Shown one piece after another: positions 39,500 through 48,978 of a DNA stretch of 64,000 bases. Below the pieces are notes generated by a model. The model did not search any database and had not been told where the DNA came from. It saw only the letters and a list, made by a program, of their open reading frames with translations. A program made the translations under genes and the position numbers. The DNA comes from an uncultured Verrucomicrobiota bacterium. GTDB taxonomy: Bacteria > Verrucomicrobiota > Verrucomicrobiia > Limisphaerales > UBA9464. The stretch's first letter is position 1. Every line of letters starts with the position of its first letter. Location: NCBI GenBank assembly GCA_903939515.1, contig CAJAHH010000010.1, positions 204,604 through 268,603 on the forward strand, written 5' to 3'.

Positions 39500-40204
39500 A
39501 TGGCTTCTATGACGCGCTACCGTATCGATCAAATGCTCTCCCGCCACGGCTACTGCAGCCGGGGCGAGTCCCGGGGCTGGTTGAAGGCGGGCCGGGTGAC
39601 CGTCAACGGTGAGAAAGCAAAGAACCCTGCCGATAAGGTGCTGTTGGCAGACCTCCGAATCGATGGCGAAGCGGTAGATCATCCGGAGGGCATCCTTGTC
39701 ATGCTGCACAAGCCTGCGGGGCTCGTCTGCTCTCGAGAGGAACGGGAGGGTCCGAATGTGTATTCCCTGCTTCCAGAGCGCTGGAGTCGTCGGAACCCAC
39801 CCATCACCAGCGTCGGGCGCCTGGATAAGGAGACCACGGGGCTGCTGCTCATTACAGACCGAGGGGAACTAGTTCAGCGTTGGACCTCACCCCGCCACAA
39901 GGTAACCAAACGCTACGAGGTCGTGTCGGACCAAGACCTAGATCCTGACCTCGTACCACTCTTCGCTTCGGGCACCTTGCGCCTGCCCGATGATGCCGAC
40001 CCCTGCCTGCCGGCAAACTTAGTTCTTACCGGAGTTCGTACCGCTTATCTGGATCTTGTAGAGGGACGCTATCATCAAGTCCGCCGCATGTTTGCTGGCC
40101 AAGGTTTCCGAGTGACGTCCCTTCACCGCAGTCAATTCGGTGCTCTGGAGTTGGGTGATTTGCCCCCGGGCCAATGGCGTGCCGTTACCGAAGAGTCGAT
40201 TTGA
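39500..40204 (+). CDS. rsuA: 16S rRNA pseudouridine synthase, RsuA/RluB family
   Basis: N-terminal S4 domain (RIDQMLSRHGYCSRGESRGWLKAGRVTVNG) and the catalytic motif VGRLDKETTGLLLITD. Confidence 0.88.
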   Translation: MASMTRYRIDQMLSRHGYCSRGESRGWLKAGRVTVNGEKAKNPADKVLLADLRIDGEAVDHPEGILVMLHKPAGLVCSREEREGPNVYSLLPERWSRRNPPITSVGRLDKETTGLLLITDRGELVQRWTSPRHKVTKRYEVVSDQDLDPDLVPLFASGTLRLPDDADPCLPANLVLTGVRTAYLDLVEGRYHQVRRMFAGQGFRVTSLHRSQFGALELGDLPPGQWRAVTEESI

Positions 40205-40243
40205 TTCATCAAATTTGCGGGTTATACATAGGGTCATCACGTC

Positions 40244-41995
40244 ATGGGGCAACTCTTCCACAACCCTGCTTCCAGCGGGAGCACGCCTTCTTCGGGACGA
40301 ACCTCCCCTCCGAGCCCTTTTCATCGTTTCGTGTCCCTGCTGCGGCCGGAGGCACCCGAGATTCGTGTTATCCTTATCCTGTCGATTATTTCAGGAGTTC
40401 TCTACTTAGCGACCCCGTTAACGGCCGATGCGGTCGTTAATACTTTTGCCTTCGGCGGGGAGCAACCCGTTTACGTTCAGGCACTCATCGTTCTGGCAGT
40501 ATTCCTCATGTTCCTGCTCGGAATGCTGGGAGTTCTGCGGGCATCTCAAGAATACGCGATGGAGTTGATCCAACGCCGTATCTTTGTGCGCCTCACGGCC
40601 GATTTGGCGTTTCGACTCCCGCGAGTCCCACTGGAGGTTCTTGAAACCCATCAAGGACCTGAACTGGTCAACCGGTTCTTCGATGTAGTTACGGTCCAGA
40701 AAAGCGCCTCGGGCCTGCTCCTAGATGGCGTCAACGTCCTCTTCAGCACCTTGATCGGATTGGTGGTCCTCGGATTCTACCACCCTCTCCTCCTCTTCTT
40801 CGCCTCCGCTCTATTAATACTGTTGGTGCTCGTCGTCTTCATCCCGGGACGCCGCGCGGTCCGCACCAGCATTGATGAATCGTGCGCTAAACATGCGGTA
40901 GTGGGTTGGCTGGAGCAAATAGCCATGTTCCCCCTGCTCTTTCGGGTCAGCGGCGCGGCCGAAATGGCGTGTTCTCGAGCCGACCAGTTGGCGCTGAACT
41001 ACCTTGCGGCGCGAAAATCCCATTTCCGCATCCTCTTAGGTCAGGTCATCGCCCTACTGGGTCTGCAGGCCATTGCCAGTGCAGCACTGCTTTCCATCGG
41101 CGGCTGGTTGGTGCTCCGGGCTGAACTCACACTGGGTCAGTTGGTGGCCAGCGAACTCATTGTCGCCTCAATCGTGGCAGCCATATCCAAACTCGGGAAA
41201 CACTTGGAGAGCTGGTACGACGCGTTAGCAGCCGTGGACAAATTGGGCTATTTGGTCGATTTGCCCATCGAACGGGAAACCGGCGAGAAACCGGTCGCTT
41301 CCGAGAAAGGCATCCGAGTGCAGGTACGCGGAGTCAGCTACACACCTGCCGGTGGGCTGCCCGTTCTAGAGAACCAAGACCTAGAGATCCCACCCGGCTC
41401 GACCCTAGGCATCGTGAGCCCTGGCGGGCTGGGCGGAAGCGCTCTGCTAGATCTCTTGGCGGGCCTCAGGGAACCCTCCACAGGCCAAGTGCTGCTCAAC
41501 GGAATAGACCTCCGACTGTGGCAATTGGGCGAACTTCGACGTCAGGTCTTTCTCGTTCGAGGCCAAGAGATCGTGCAGGGATCTCTCCTTGAAAACATCC
41601 GCCTTGGACGACCAGACATCGGCATCGACGCAGTGAATCGCGCGCTCGAATGCGTGGGGTTAATGACGGTTGTTCACCGAATGTCCGACGGCCTCGAGAC
41701 TCAGCTCAACCCGGGAGGCCATCCGCTAACCAACTCCCAGCGAAGCCGACTCATTCTAGCCAGGGCCATCGTTCGCAAACCACGCCTATTACTCGTGGAC
41801 GAGGCTCTGGACGGACTCGAAATTGAAACACTCGAAAAACTCGAAGCCGCGCTGTTTGAAGCCCGTGAACCCAGCACCCTCGTGTTGGTGACGCGCGATC
41901 CAGACCTCATCCGCCGCTGCGACCACTCGGTCCATCTGGGCGACTGTCACCTCAGCCGCCCCGGACACGGCTCCGAACTTCCTCCCCGAGCATGA
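40244..41995 (+). CDS. ABC exporter (fused 6-TM domain + NBD) with a degenerate nucleotide-binding domain
   Basis: An ABC type-1 exporter membrane domain is followed by an NBD-like domain. The Walker A position reads GIVSPGGLGGSALL. The signature position reads LTNSQRSRL. Walker B is LLLVDEA. The H-loop position reads LVTRDP. Confidence 0.8.
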   Translation: MGQLFHNPASSGSTPSSGRTSPPSPFHRFVSLLRPEAPEIRVILILSIISGVLYLATPLTADAVVNTFAFGGEQPVYVQALIVLAVFLMFLLGMLGVLRASQEYAMELIQRRIFVRLTADLAFRLPRVPLEVLETHQGPELVNRFFDVVTVQKSASGLLLDGVNVLFSTLIGLVVLGFYHPLLLFFASALLILLVLVVFIPGRRAVRTSIDESCAKHAVVGWLEQIAMFPLLFRVSGAAEMACSRADQLALNYLAARKSHFRILLGQVIALLGLQAIASAALLSIGGWLVLRAELTLGQLVASELIVASIVAAISKLGKHLESWYDALAAVDKLGYLVDLPIERETGEKPVASEKGIRVQVRGVSYTPAGGLPVLENQDLEIPPGSTLGIVSPGGLGGSALLDLLAGLREPSTGQVLLNGIDLRLWQLGELRRQVFLVRGQEIVQGSLLENIRLGRPDIGIDAVNRALECVGLMTVVHRMSDGLETQLNPGGHPLTNSQRSRLILARAIVRKPRLLLVDEALDGLEIETLEKLEAALFEAREPSTLVLVTRDPDLIRRCDHSVHLGDCHLSRPGHGSELPPRA

Positions 41996-43359
41996 ACCGT
42001 GAACCAGCCCTCACCGAGCCCCTGAAATCGGAGGTTCCGCTGCATTCTCCGTCGCAGTCTCCGTCGCCCAAGGCCATGGCCCTGCTGGACCGGCGGAGCA
42101 AATTCAGCGCGCTGGACCACACGGCTTCGTCGCGGCGACTGCGTCAGCTGACCTTCGTGTCGGCCGCCCTGTGTCTCATTGCGCTGATAGCGCTCATCTT
42201 GCTGCCTTGGAGGCAATTCGTCAGCGGATCGGGTCGAGTCATTGCCTACAATCCATTGGAACGGAGCCTGACCATTGAGGCGCCGCTGCCGGGCAAGGTG
42301 CAGCGGTCCTTCGTGGTCGAGGGCCAGGAAGTTCAAGAGGGCGATCCACTCTTCGAGATCGTGGACAACGATCCCAACCTCTTGGCCAATATTTTACAGC
42401 AGCGCGATGCGGCCAGTGCCCGACGCGATGCGGCCAAGACTCGGGTCGAATCGCTAGGTCTCCAAATCGGCGAGCAAGAACGTGCGCTCCCGCTAGCGAT
42501 GGAAGCTGCCAAAACTCGCCTGGCCGCCGCGCGATTCGCCGCCGACACCGCCCGACTGCAATTCGACCGATTCAAGGCGCTGCACGCTGACAAACGCGGG
42601 CTTGTATCCCAGCGAGACTTTGAATTAACCACCCTGGAGCGGGACCGGACCGAGGCAGAGTTGCAGCGCTCGCGAGCGGAGCTGGAGCGGACACCGGTGG
42701 ATTTGCGGGCCGCGATCCAAGGCATTACCGCCCAGAGGGATTCCGCTCGAGCTGAACTGGCCTCCGCAGAACAATCGCTGACAGGGCTGGAAATCCAAAT
42801 CAGCCAAACGCGAATGCAAAAGGTGACCTCTCCGCGGGCGGGCATCGTCTTTCGCCTTCAGTCCACGGAGGGAACGTTTCTTCGGGCCGGCTCACCGCTC
42901 TGCACCATCATCGCCCAGACCGACAAGCCCATGGTGGAGGTCTGGCTTCAAGGGCAGGACATGCCACTGGTCACCGCTCGTAAGACCGGCCCCGAAGGCC
43001 AAATCCTCCGCGAAGGCAGCCCGGTGCGCCTCCAGTTCGAGGGCTGGCCCGCGCTGCAAATAATTGGCTGGCCCAGTTTGGCCCGGGGCACCTTTGGCGG
43101 CGAAGTCGTGCTGGTGGATCCGACCGACAACGGCAAGGGGAAGTTCCGCATTCTCGTGGCCGAGAAACAAGATGTGGTCCAGGGCCCGGATGGCCATGCG
43201 ACTTCGGTGCCATGGCCCGGTTCCCGATGGCTCAGGCAGGGGGTTCGAGCCAACGGTTGGGTCCTGCTGCAACGGGTTCCGCTGTGGTACGAGGTGTGGC
43301 GCCAGTTGAACGGATTCCCACCGGTGATCACGGAAGAGGCGTTGGATCCCAAGAAGTAA
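41992..43359 (+). CDS. HlyD-family membrane fusion (periplasmic adaptor) protein
   Basis: N-terminal TM anchor, a lipoyl-like segment PGKVQRSFVVEGQEVQEGDPLFEI, a long coiled coil, and a beta-barrel C-terminus. The ATG overlaps the ABC stop as ATGA (41992-41995, verified). Confidence 0.88.
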   Translation: MNREPALTEPLKSEVPLHSPSQSPSPKAMALLDRRSKFSALDHTASSRRLRQLTFVSAALCLIALIALILLPWRQFVSGSGRVIAYNPLERSLTIEAPLPGKVQRSFVVEGQEVQEGDPLFEIVDNDPNLLANILQQRDAASARRDAAKTRVESLGLQIGEQERALPLAMEAAKTRLAAARFAADTARLQFDRFKALHADKRGLVSQRDFELTTLERDRTEAELQRSRAELERTPVDLRAAIQGITAQRDSARAELASAEQSLTGLEIQISQTRMQKVTSPRAGIVFRLQSTEGTFLRAGSPLCTIIAQTDKPMVEVWLQGQDMPLVTARKTGPEGQILREGSPVRLQFEGWPALQIIGWPSLARGTFGGEVVLVDPTDNGKGKFRILVAEKQDVVQGPDGHATSVPWPGSRWLRQGVRANGWVLLQRVPLWYEVWRQLNGFPPVITEEALDPKK

Positions 43360-43370
43360 TTCTGCCCGTG

Positions 43371-44954
43371 ATGAATGCGATGTCCGTCGTGGCGCTCCAG
43401 TTGAATCGGCGATCCGGCCCGAGGCCATCGGGCCATAGTCAGCGCGCACGAGGGGTCCATCACCGTGCTTCCGCTGCCCATTGGAGCGCCGTCTGCTGCT
43501 TCGCTCTTTGCCTGATTCTGGGGAGTCTTTCCTTTGGTTTACAGGCGGCGGAGACGCCCAGTACGGCACCAACAACGGCCGCCCCTGCTGCAACCAACGC
43601 GTTGACGCTCCATGAGGTGCTCGACTCGGTCCGTCAGCAATACCCACCCATGCTGGCCGCGCTCATCGAGCGCGATGTCGCCGCCGGACGCCTTCAGAGC
43701 GCGCGCGGCACCTTCGATTTCCAGTTTTTCTCCCGGCTCTTCGACGCTCCGAGCGGATACTACCAGAGCACCACCGTCGACACGGGCTTCGAGCAATTCA
43801 CCGGCCTCTGGGGTAGCACTCTTTTCGGAGGCTATCGCATCACCACCGGCGGCCTGTTGCCGGACTACGAGAAGAACCGCACCCAGGGCTCCGGCGAACC
43901 TCGAATCGGATTCCGGTTGCCCTTGCTGCGCGATGGATCCATCGACCGGCGGCGGGCCACCCTTATCAAGGCACGACTCGACAAGGATTTGGCCGATCCG
44001 CTGATCCACCGTCAGCAAATCGACTTCATCCGGGCCGCCACTGCGGGTTACTACGGTTGGCTCGCGGCGGGAGAACGGTTGCGACTTTCCGAGGCCCTGT
44101 TGCGCATCGCCCGTGAGCGCATGGATGCCCTCAAGACACAGAGCGACTCTGGTTTGATTCCCCGAATCGTCCTCACAGACAACCGACGACTCATCGTCTC
44201 GCGGGAACTGGCCGTGGTGCAGGCACGCCGGCGCTTCGAGGCGGCTGGATTGGCCTTGTCGCTATTCTATCGGGATGGACAAGAGAACCCCACCGTGGCC
44301 ACGCGGGATCGCTTGCCTCCAAGTCTGCCCGCCCCGGTGGGTCCTGAGGCAAGCCTCCTCCAGCAAGACCTCCAGCGCTCACTCACAGTCCGACCCGAGC
44401 TCAAACGGTTGAGTCTCACCCAAGAAAAACTCGAAGTGGATCGCCGCCTCGCCCGAAACCAGCTCCTACCGAACCTAGATGCCGGCGTCAGCGCCAACCG
44501 CGACTACGGCGACCGCCGCTACAAAGACCAGACCGAGACCGAGGTTCAGGTGGGCGTCGAATTACGAGTTCCCCTTCAACGGCGCGAGGCCAAGGGTCGG
44601 GTGGCGGAGGTTGAGGCCCAACTGGAGCAACTCACCCGCGAACAGCAGTTTGCACGAGATCGAATCCAGACCGAGGTACGCGACTCCTTCTCCGCCTGGA
44701 GTGCCGCCCACGAGCAAACCCTCCAAGCCCGGCTCAATGTCCAACTCTCCGTGGAGCTTCAAGAGGCCGAGAACGAGCGCTTCATGCGCGGAGCCACCGA
44801 CTTGTTGGCCTTGCAGTTGCGCGAACAGGCCGCCTTCGACGCCCAAGTGAGCGCCGTGGACATTGACGCCGACTGTTTCCGGGCCCAGGCCGACTACCGC
44901 GCGGCCACCGTCGCCGAGAGATTGACGCTCTCGGCCCCCACCAAGAAACCCTAA
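43371..44954 (+). CDS. TolC-family outer membrane efflux protein
   Basis: Signal peptide ending LSFGLQAAE. LTLHEVLDSVRQQYPPMLAA is a typical OEP N-terminus. The helical/beta architecture is duplicated. An in-frame ATG at 43371 lies 12 nt after the HlyD stop. Confidence 0.85.
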   Translation: MNAMSVVALQLNRRSGPRPSGHSQRARGVHHRASAAHWSAVCCFALCLILGSLSFGLQAAETPSTAPTTAAPAATNALTLHEVLDSVRQQYPPMLAALIERDVAAGRLQSARGTFDFQFFSRLFDAPSGYYQSTTVDTGFEQFTGLWGSTLFGGYRITTGGLLPDYEKNRTQGSGEPRIGFRLPLLRDGSIDRRRATLIKARLDKDLADPLIHRQQIDFIRAATAGYYGWLAAGERLRLSEALLRIARERMDALKTQSDSGLIPRIVLTDNRRLIVSRELAVVQARRRFEAAGLALSLFYRDGQENPTVATRDRLPPSLPAPVGPEASLLQQDLQRSLTVRPELKRLSLTQEKLEVDRRLARNQLLPNLDAGVSANRDYGDRRYKDQTETEVQVGVELRVPLQRREAKGRVAEVEAQLEQLTREQQFARDRIQTEVRDSFSAWSAAHEQTLQARLNVQLSVELQEAENERFMRGATDLLALQLREQAAFDAQVSAVDIDADCFRAQADYRAATVAERLTLSAPTKKP

Positions 44955-44989
44955 CCCTCGACGCCAAAGCGTTGACGGCACACTGAACC

Positions 44990-45020
44990 AAAAAACCTGC
45001 GTTTGCCAATTGTACGCAGG
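44990..45020 (-). terminator. terminator-like hairpin whose U-run lies on the minus strand
   Basis: aaaaaa (44990-44995), then stem cctgcgt (44996-45002), an 11-nt loop, and stem acgcagg (45014-45020). Read on the minus strand this is a hairpin followed by TTTTTT. Confidence 0.4.
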
Positions 45021-45052
45021 CGTACCACTTTCGAATCGGTTCATCGAATCCC

Positions 45053-46489
45053 ATGAGCACCATTCCGCATCTCCCTGTCATTCGTCTCGGCCGCAACTAC
45101 GCCTCCCTGGAACAAACGGAGGTGAAAGATTTTCGTACCGGTGAAGTCTGTGCCGTCGTCTCGTCCGTGAATGCCGGCATCGTCAAAAAAGACCTCACCA
45201 AGCTAGGAGTCGCCCGAGCCGCCTTAAATCATTTCACCATCGCCGAACTCATGGCCATGAGCGCCAAGGCCGGCGACTTGTTCCTTAACGGCACGCTGCC
45301 GTTGGGAGACCGAGGCCACACCCAAAGCGCCGACGAGTACATCAAAACCCTCAGCAGCACCAGCGGACTGCCCCATGTGATGGTGAAGCGGAACATGGCG
45401 AAAATTCATTACGCCCTGACCCACATGCCGGAAGTGCTCAACGGACTCTCCCGTGGGCTCGACTTCACCATCCTTGATAAAGGACGCGGTGAGCAGTTCG
45501 GCACCAACCTGGCCTTCTTCCCCACGGCTCACGCCCTCGGTCTGGTGATGCCCAGCAATTCACCGGCCGTGAATTCCCTGTGGATCCCCGCCATCTCCCT
45601 CAAGACGCCGGTGATCATCAAGCCCGGCAAGGAGGAGCCCTGGACCCCATACCGACTCATCCAAGCGTTCATCGCCGCCGGGGTCCCCGCTGAGGCCTTC
45701 GGTTTCTATCCCACGGATCACGAGGGCGCCGCCGCCATCCTAAACTTGTGCGGCCGGGCCTTGATCTTCGGAGACAAGTCCACCACCCAGCAGTACGCCC
45801 ACAACCCGGCGATCCAGATCCATGGCCCGGGGTGGAGCAAGTTCGTCATCGGCGAAGACCAGATCGAAAACTGGCCTGACTTCATCGATGTGATCGCCGC
45901 CAGCATCGCCGACAACGGCGGTCGCTCGTGTATCAACGCGAGTGCCGTGGTGGTGCCCAAGTACGCGGAAGAAATCGCCGATGCGCTGGCCAAGAAACTG
46001 GGCCCCATCGGCCATACGCCCTCCGACGATCCCGAGGCTCGGCTGGCCGGCTTCGCCAACCCCAAGATGGCGGACTACATCGATGGGCAAATCGAAGACG
46101 GCCTCAAGACCCCAGGCGCCGAGGATGTCACCGCTCGCTACCGCGGTGGCTCCCGCAAAGTTTCCAGCGACATCGGCACCTTCATGCGGCCGACCATCGT
46201 GCGCTGCGACTCCTTCGCCCACCCGTTGGCCAACCGCGAGTTCCTTTGCCCCTATGCCAGCGTGGTCCAATGCAGCCAGCCTGAAGTGCTCAAGAATATC
46301 GGCTACACCCTAGCCTGCTCAGCGATCACCAAAGACCCGGCGTTCATCCGCGACCTCGAGGCCTTCACCGAAATCGATCGCCTGAATATCGGTCCGGTCT
46401 CGACCATGAAGATCTCCTGGGATCAACCCCACGAGGGCAACATGTTCGAGTTCCTCTGGCAGCGCCGCTCCATTGAGTACGGTTGGTAA
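45053..46489 (+). CDS. aldehyde dehydrogenase superfamily protein, LuxC/acyl-CoA-reductase-like
   Basis: 478 aa. The nucleophile context is NGGRSCINASAVVV. An EFLCPYASVV segment is present. The position of the canonical ELGGK general-base motif reads IHGPGWSK, as in reductase-type members (alignment from memory). Confidence 0.7.
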   Translation: MSTIPHLPVIRLGRNYASLEQTEVKDFRTGEVCAVVSSVNAGIVKKDLTKLGVARAALNHFTIAELMAMSAKAGDLFLNGTLPLGDRGHTQSADEYIKTLSSTSGLPHVMVKRNMAKIHYALTHMPEVLNGLSRGLDFTILDKGRGEQFGTNLAFFPTAHALGLVMPSNSPAVNSLWIPAISLKTPVIIKPGKEEPWTPYRLIQAFIAAGVPAEAFGFYPTDHEGAAAILNLCGRALIFGDKSTTQQYAHNPAIQIHGPGWSKFVIGEDQIENWPDFIDVIAASIADNGGRSCINASAVVVPKYAEEIADALAKKLGPIGHTPSDDPEARLAGFANPKMADYIDGQIEDGLKTPGAEDVTARYRGGSRKVSSDIGTFMRPTIVRCDSFAHPLANREFLCPYASVVQCSQPEVLKNIGYTLACSAITKDPAFIRDLEAFTEIDRLNIGPVSTMKISWDQPHEGNMFEFLWQRRSIEYGW

Positions 46490-46537
46490 TCGCCCGGGCC
46501 TCGGTGAAAGCCTAAGCCCATCCACCCCGTGAGCCGC

Positions 46538-48832
46538 TCAGGATGTTTTTCCTGCAGCGGCTTTTTGCCGCGATTCACCCGACTTGCCCGCGAGGTACAG
46601 CAGCACCACCAACCCAGCAAAGGGCAGCAACGAGAGGGCGTCGGAAGAAGCCCCCTCGAAGAACGGGTTGTTAGCGGTCATCCACTTCTCGACGGACTCG
46701 TTGAACCCCGTAGTCACTCCCTGACTAATGGCCACACCAATACCCGCGATGCTGCCGCCGGCAATATAACCGCTGGCCATCAAGACCCCCGGTGAGCGAT
46801 CGCTCTCGGCAGCGATCTCCGATGCAGTGAGTCCCTGCAAACGCCCCCGGGTGTGGGCGGCCCGATCGACGCACCACCGGACACACCCGCCGACAAAAAT
46901 ACCCAGCGAGGTGGAGATCGGCAAATAGACCCCCACGGCGAAGGCCAGCGAGGGGATGCCGCTGAGTTCGAGCACCAGGGCGATCATCACCCCGATGAGC
47001 ACCAAGTCCCAGGGGAGCTTCCGGTCGAGCACGCCCTTAATGATGTAGCTCACCAATACCGTCTTCGGGGCATCGTACTTAGTGACCGTGGCCCCGCTGG
47101 GCAGCTTCGATTCGGTTCCGGTGATGGCCGGATCCACCAACCAGACGGCCTTGCCCGAATCATCGACCAACCACTTCCGCGCCACGCCATTGGTATCGGT
47201 CTGATGCCACACGCGGTATTCTTGGGTATCCACCCCGGCCATCGGACCCACCAAGTGAGCCCGAGGCGCATCGGTCAAGGCTTGGGCCGGAGCGACCAAG
47301 CCCGGGGCGACCTCCGAGGCGCGCACATGAATGGTCCCGGCATTGTTCATGGCTAGAAGCACCCATCCCATGACCAGCGCTGAGGCAAAAGCCCCAATCA
47401 ATATGGCCAATTGCTGATATCGAGGCGTGCCGCCGATGAGAAAACCGGTCTTCAAATCCTGCGAAGTAGTACCGCCATTGGAACAGGCGATGCACACGAT
47501 GCCGCCAACGGAAAGGGCGGTCACATAATGGGCCGAGCCCGTCCACCCCACGGCCACGAAGGTGAGGCAGGTGAGCAGCAGGGTAGCGATGGTCATGCCC
47601 GAAATTGGGTTGGAGCTGGACCCTACTTCACCGGTCAACCGTGAGGAGACCGTCACGAAGAGGAATCCCAAAACCAAGATCAGCCCCGCACCCAGTAAAT
47701 TCATACGCAGAGCGGGAGCCAGCGTGATGGCCGCCATCAGCACGAACACCCCTCCCGCCACCCAACGCAGCGAAAGATCCCGATCGCGCCGGTCCCCTGA
47801 GACCCCCGACGCCCCGTCACGGGCCCCGGCCAAATCTGCCAATCCGGCACACAGTGTTCGCCACAGCGTGGGCATAGACTTCAACAAACTCACGAGACCG
47901 CCCGCCGCCACGGCGCCGGCCCCGATATAGAGCAGGTACGCACCGCGGATGCCATTGGGCGACAAGTCGGCGATGAGCTTTTTACCGGGAGCCAGAGGGC
48001 TGGCCAATCCCGCTCCGAAATACTGGATGAGCGGAATGAGCACCAAGTAGCTCAGCACGCCTCCCGCTGCCATGACCCCGGCGATCCGCGGCCCAATGAT
48101 GTAGCCCACACCCACCATTTCAGGCGAGATCTCGCACGACACCGAGCCACCCTTCAACGGAGCCCCGAACACCTTCTCTGGAGCCTCTTTCCAGAGCTTC
48201 AGAGCCGAATTGCCAAACTTGTACAACAAGCCCAAAGCGAACCCGCCGAAGATGGTCTTGGCCTGAATCCCGGCTCCGGCCACTTCGCGAGCATACGCCG
48301 GATCGGCGGCGGCCCGAGACTCGTCATTGGCTCCCGCCTTGAGCACCTCCGCGCAGGCCGCACCTTCCGGATATTTCAGTTCCCCATGCTGCTGAACGAT
48401 GAGCGGGCGACGCAGCGGGATCATCAGCAGAATCCCCAGAAGTCCGCCCAACACCGCCACCAACAGCACCCGGCTGGCCTCCAAATCGAAACCCAAGATG
48501 AGGATCGCCGGCATGGTGACCGCCGCCCCGAAAGCCAGCGACTCTCCGGCCGAACCCGCCGTCTGAGCGATGTTGTGTTCGAGAATCGTGGCATCCCGTC
48601 CGCCCAGCTTGGCCCACAACCGGAACAGCGTGACCGAGATGACCGCGACCGGGATGGACGCACTCACCGTCAACCCCACCTTGAGGGCCAAGTAGAGCGA
48701 AGAAGCCCCGAAAATAATCCCCAACAACGAACCCACAATCACGGAGCGAGCAGTGAATTCCCGCAGCCGAGTGACCGCGGGTATATACGGAGTGAAGGGA
48801 GGGTTGGGCTGAGCCATAGGCGGAGGGTACAA
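46538..48832 (-). CDS. OPT-family oligopeptide transporter
   Basis: 764 aa, highly hydrophobic. The N-terminus ...EFTARSVIVGSLLGIIFGASSLYLALKVGLTVSASIP is characteristic of bacterial OPT proteins. Confidence 0.85.
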   Translation of the reverse strand: MYPPPMAQPNPPFTPYIPAVTRLREFTARSVIVGSLLGIIFGASSLYLALKVGLTVSASIPVAVISVTLFRLWAKLGGRDATILEHNIAQTAGSAGESLAFGAAVTMPAILILGFDLEASRVLLVAVLGGLLGILLMIPLRRPLIVQQHGELKYPEGAACAEVLKAGANDESRAAADPAYAREVAGAGIQAKTIFGGFALGLLYKFGNSALKLWKEAPEKVFGAPLKGGSVSCEISPEMVGVGYIIGPRIAGVMAAGGVLSYLVLIPLIQYFGAGLASPLAPGKKLIADLSPNGIRGAYLLYIGAGAVAAGGLVSLLKSMPTLWRTLCAGLADLAGARDGASGVSGDRRDRDLSLRWVAGGVFVLMAAITLAPALRMNLLGAGLILVLGFLFVTVSSRLTGEVGSSSNPISGMTIATLLLTCLTFVAVGWTGSAHYVTALSVGGIVCIACSNGGTTSQDLKTGFLIGGTPRYQQLAILIGAFASALVMGWVLLAMNNAGTIHVRASEVAPGLVAPAQALTDAPRAHLVGPMAGVDTQEYRVWHQTDTNGVARKWLVDDSGKAVWLVDPAITGTESKLPSGATVTKYDAPKTVLVSYIIKGVLDRKLPWDLVLIGVMIALVLELSGIPSLAFAVGVYLPISTSLGIFVGGCVRWCVDRAAHTRGRLQGLTASEIAAESDRSPGVLMASGYIAGGSIAGIGVAISQGVTTGFNESVEKWMTANNPFFEGASSDALSLLPFAGLVVLLYLAGKSGESRQKAAAGKTS

Positions 48833-48978
48833 CCCTCGGTAAATTTTCCCAGAGGATCGTCATGAAGCCCTGAGCCCGCGCACCGGGGCGCTGTCACAAC
48901 GATGTCACTCTCCGCAACAAACTGAACAATTGCCCCGCAGACTCACCGGGCTTTTGATCACGTGGTATCCGATCCTGC

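Noticed and set aside
43212-43370. Upstream extension of the TolC-like ORF overlapping the HlyD gene by about 150 nt
   Set aside because: The extension lies in another frame of the HlyD coding region. An in-frame ATG at 43371, just after the HlyD stop, is followed by a signal peptide.
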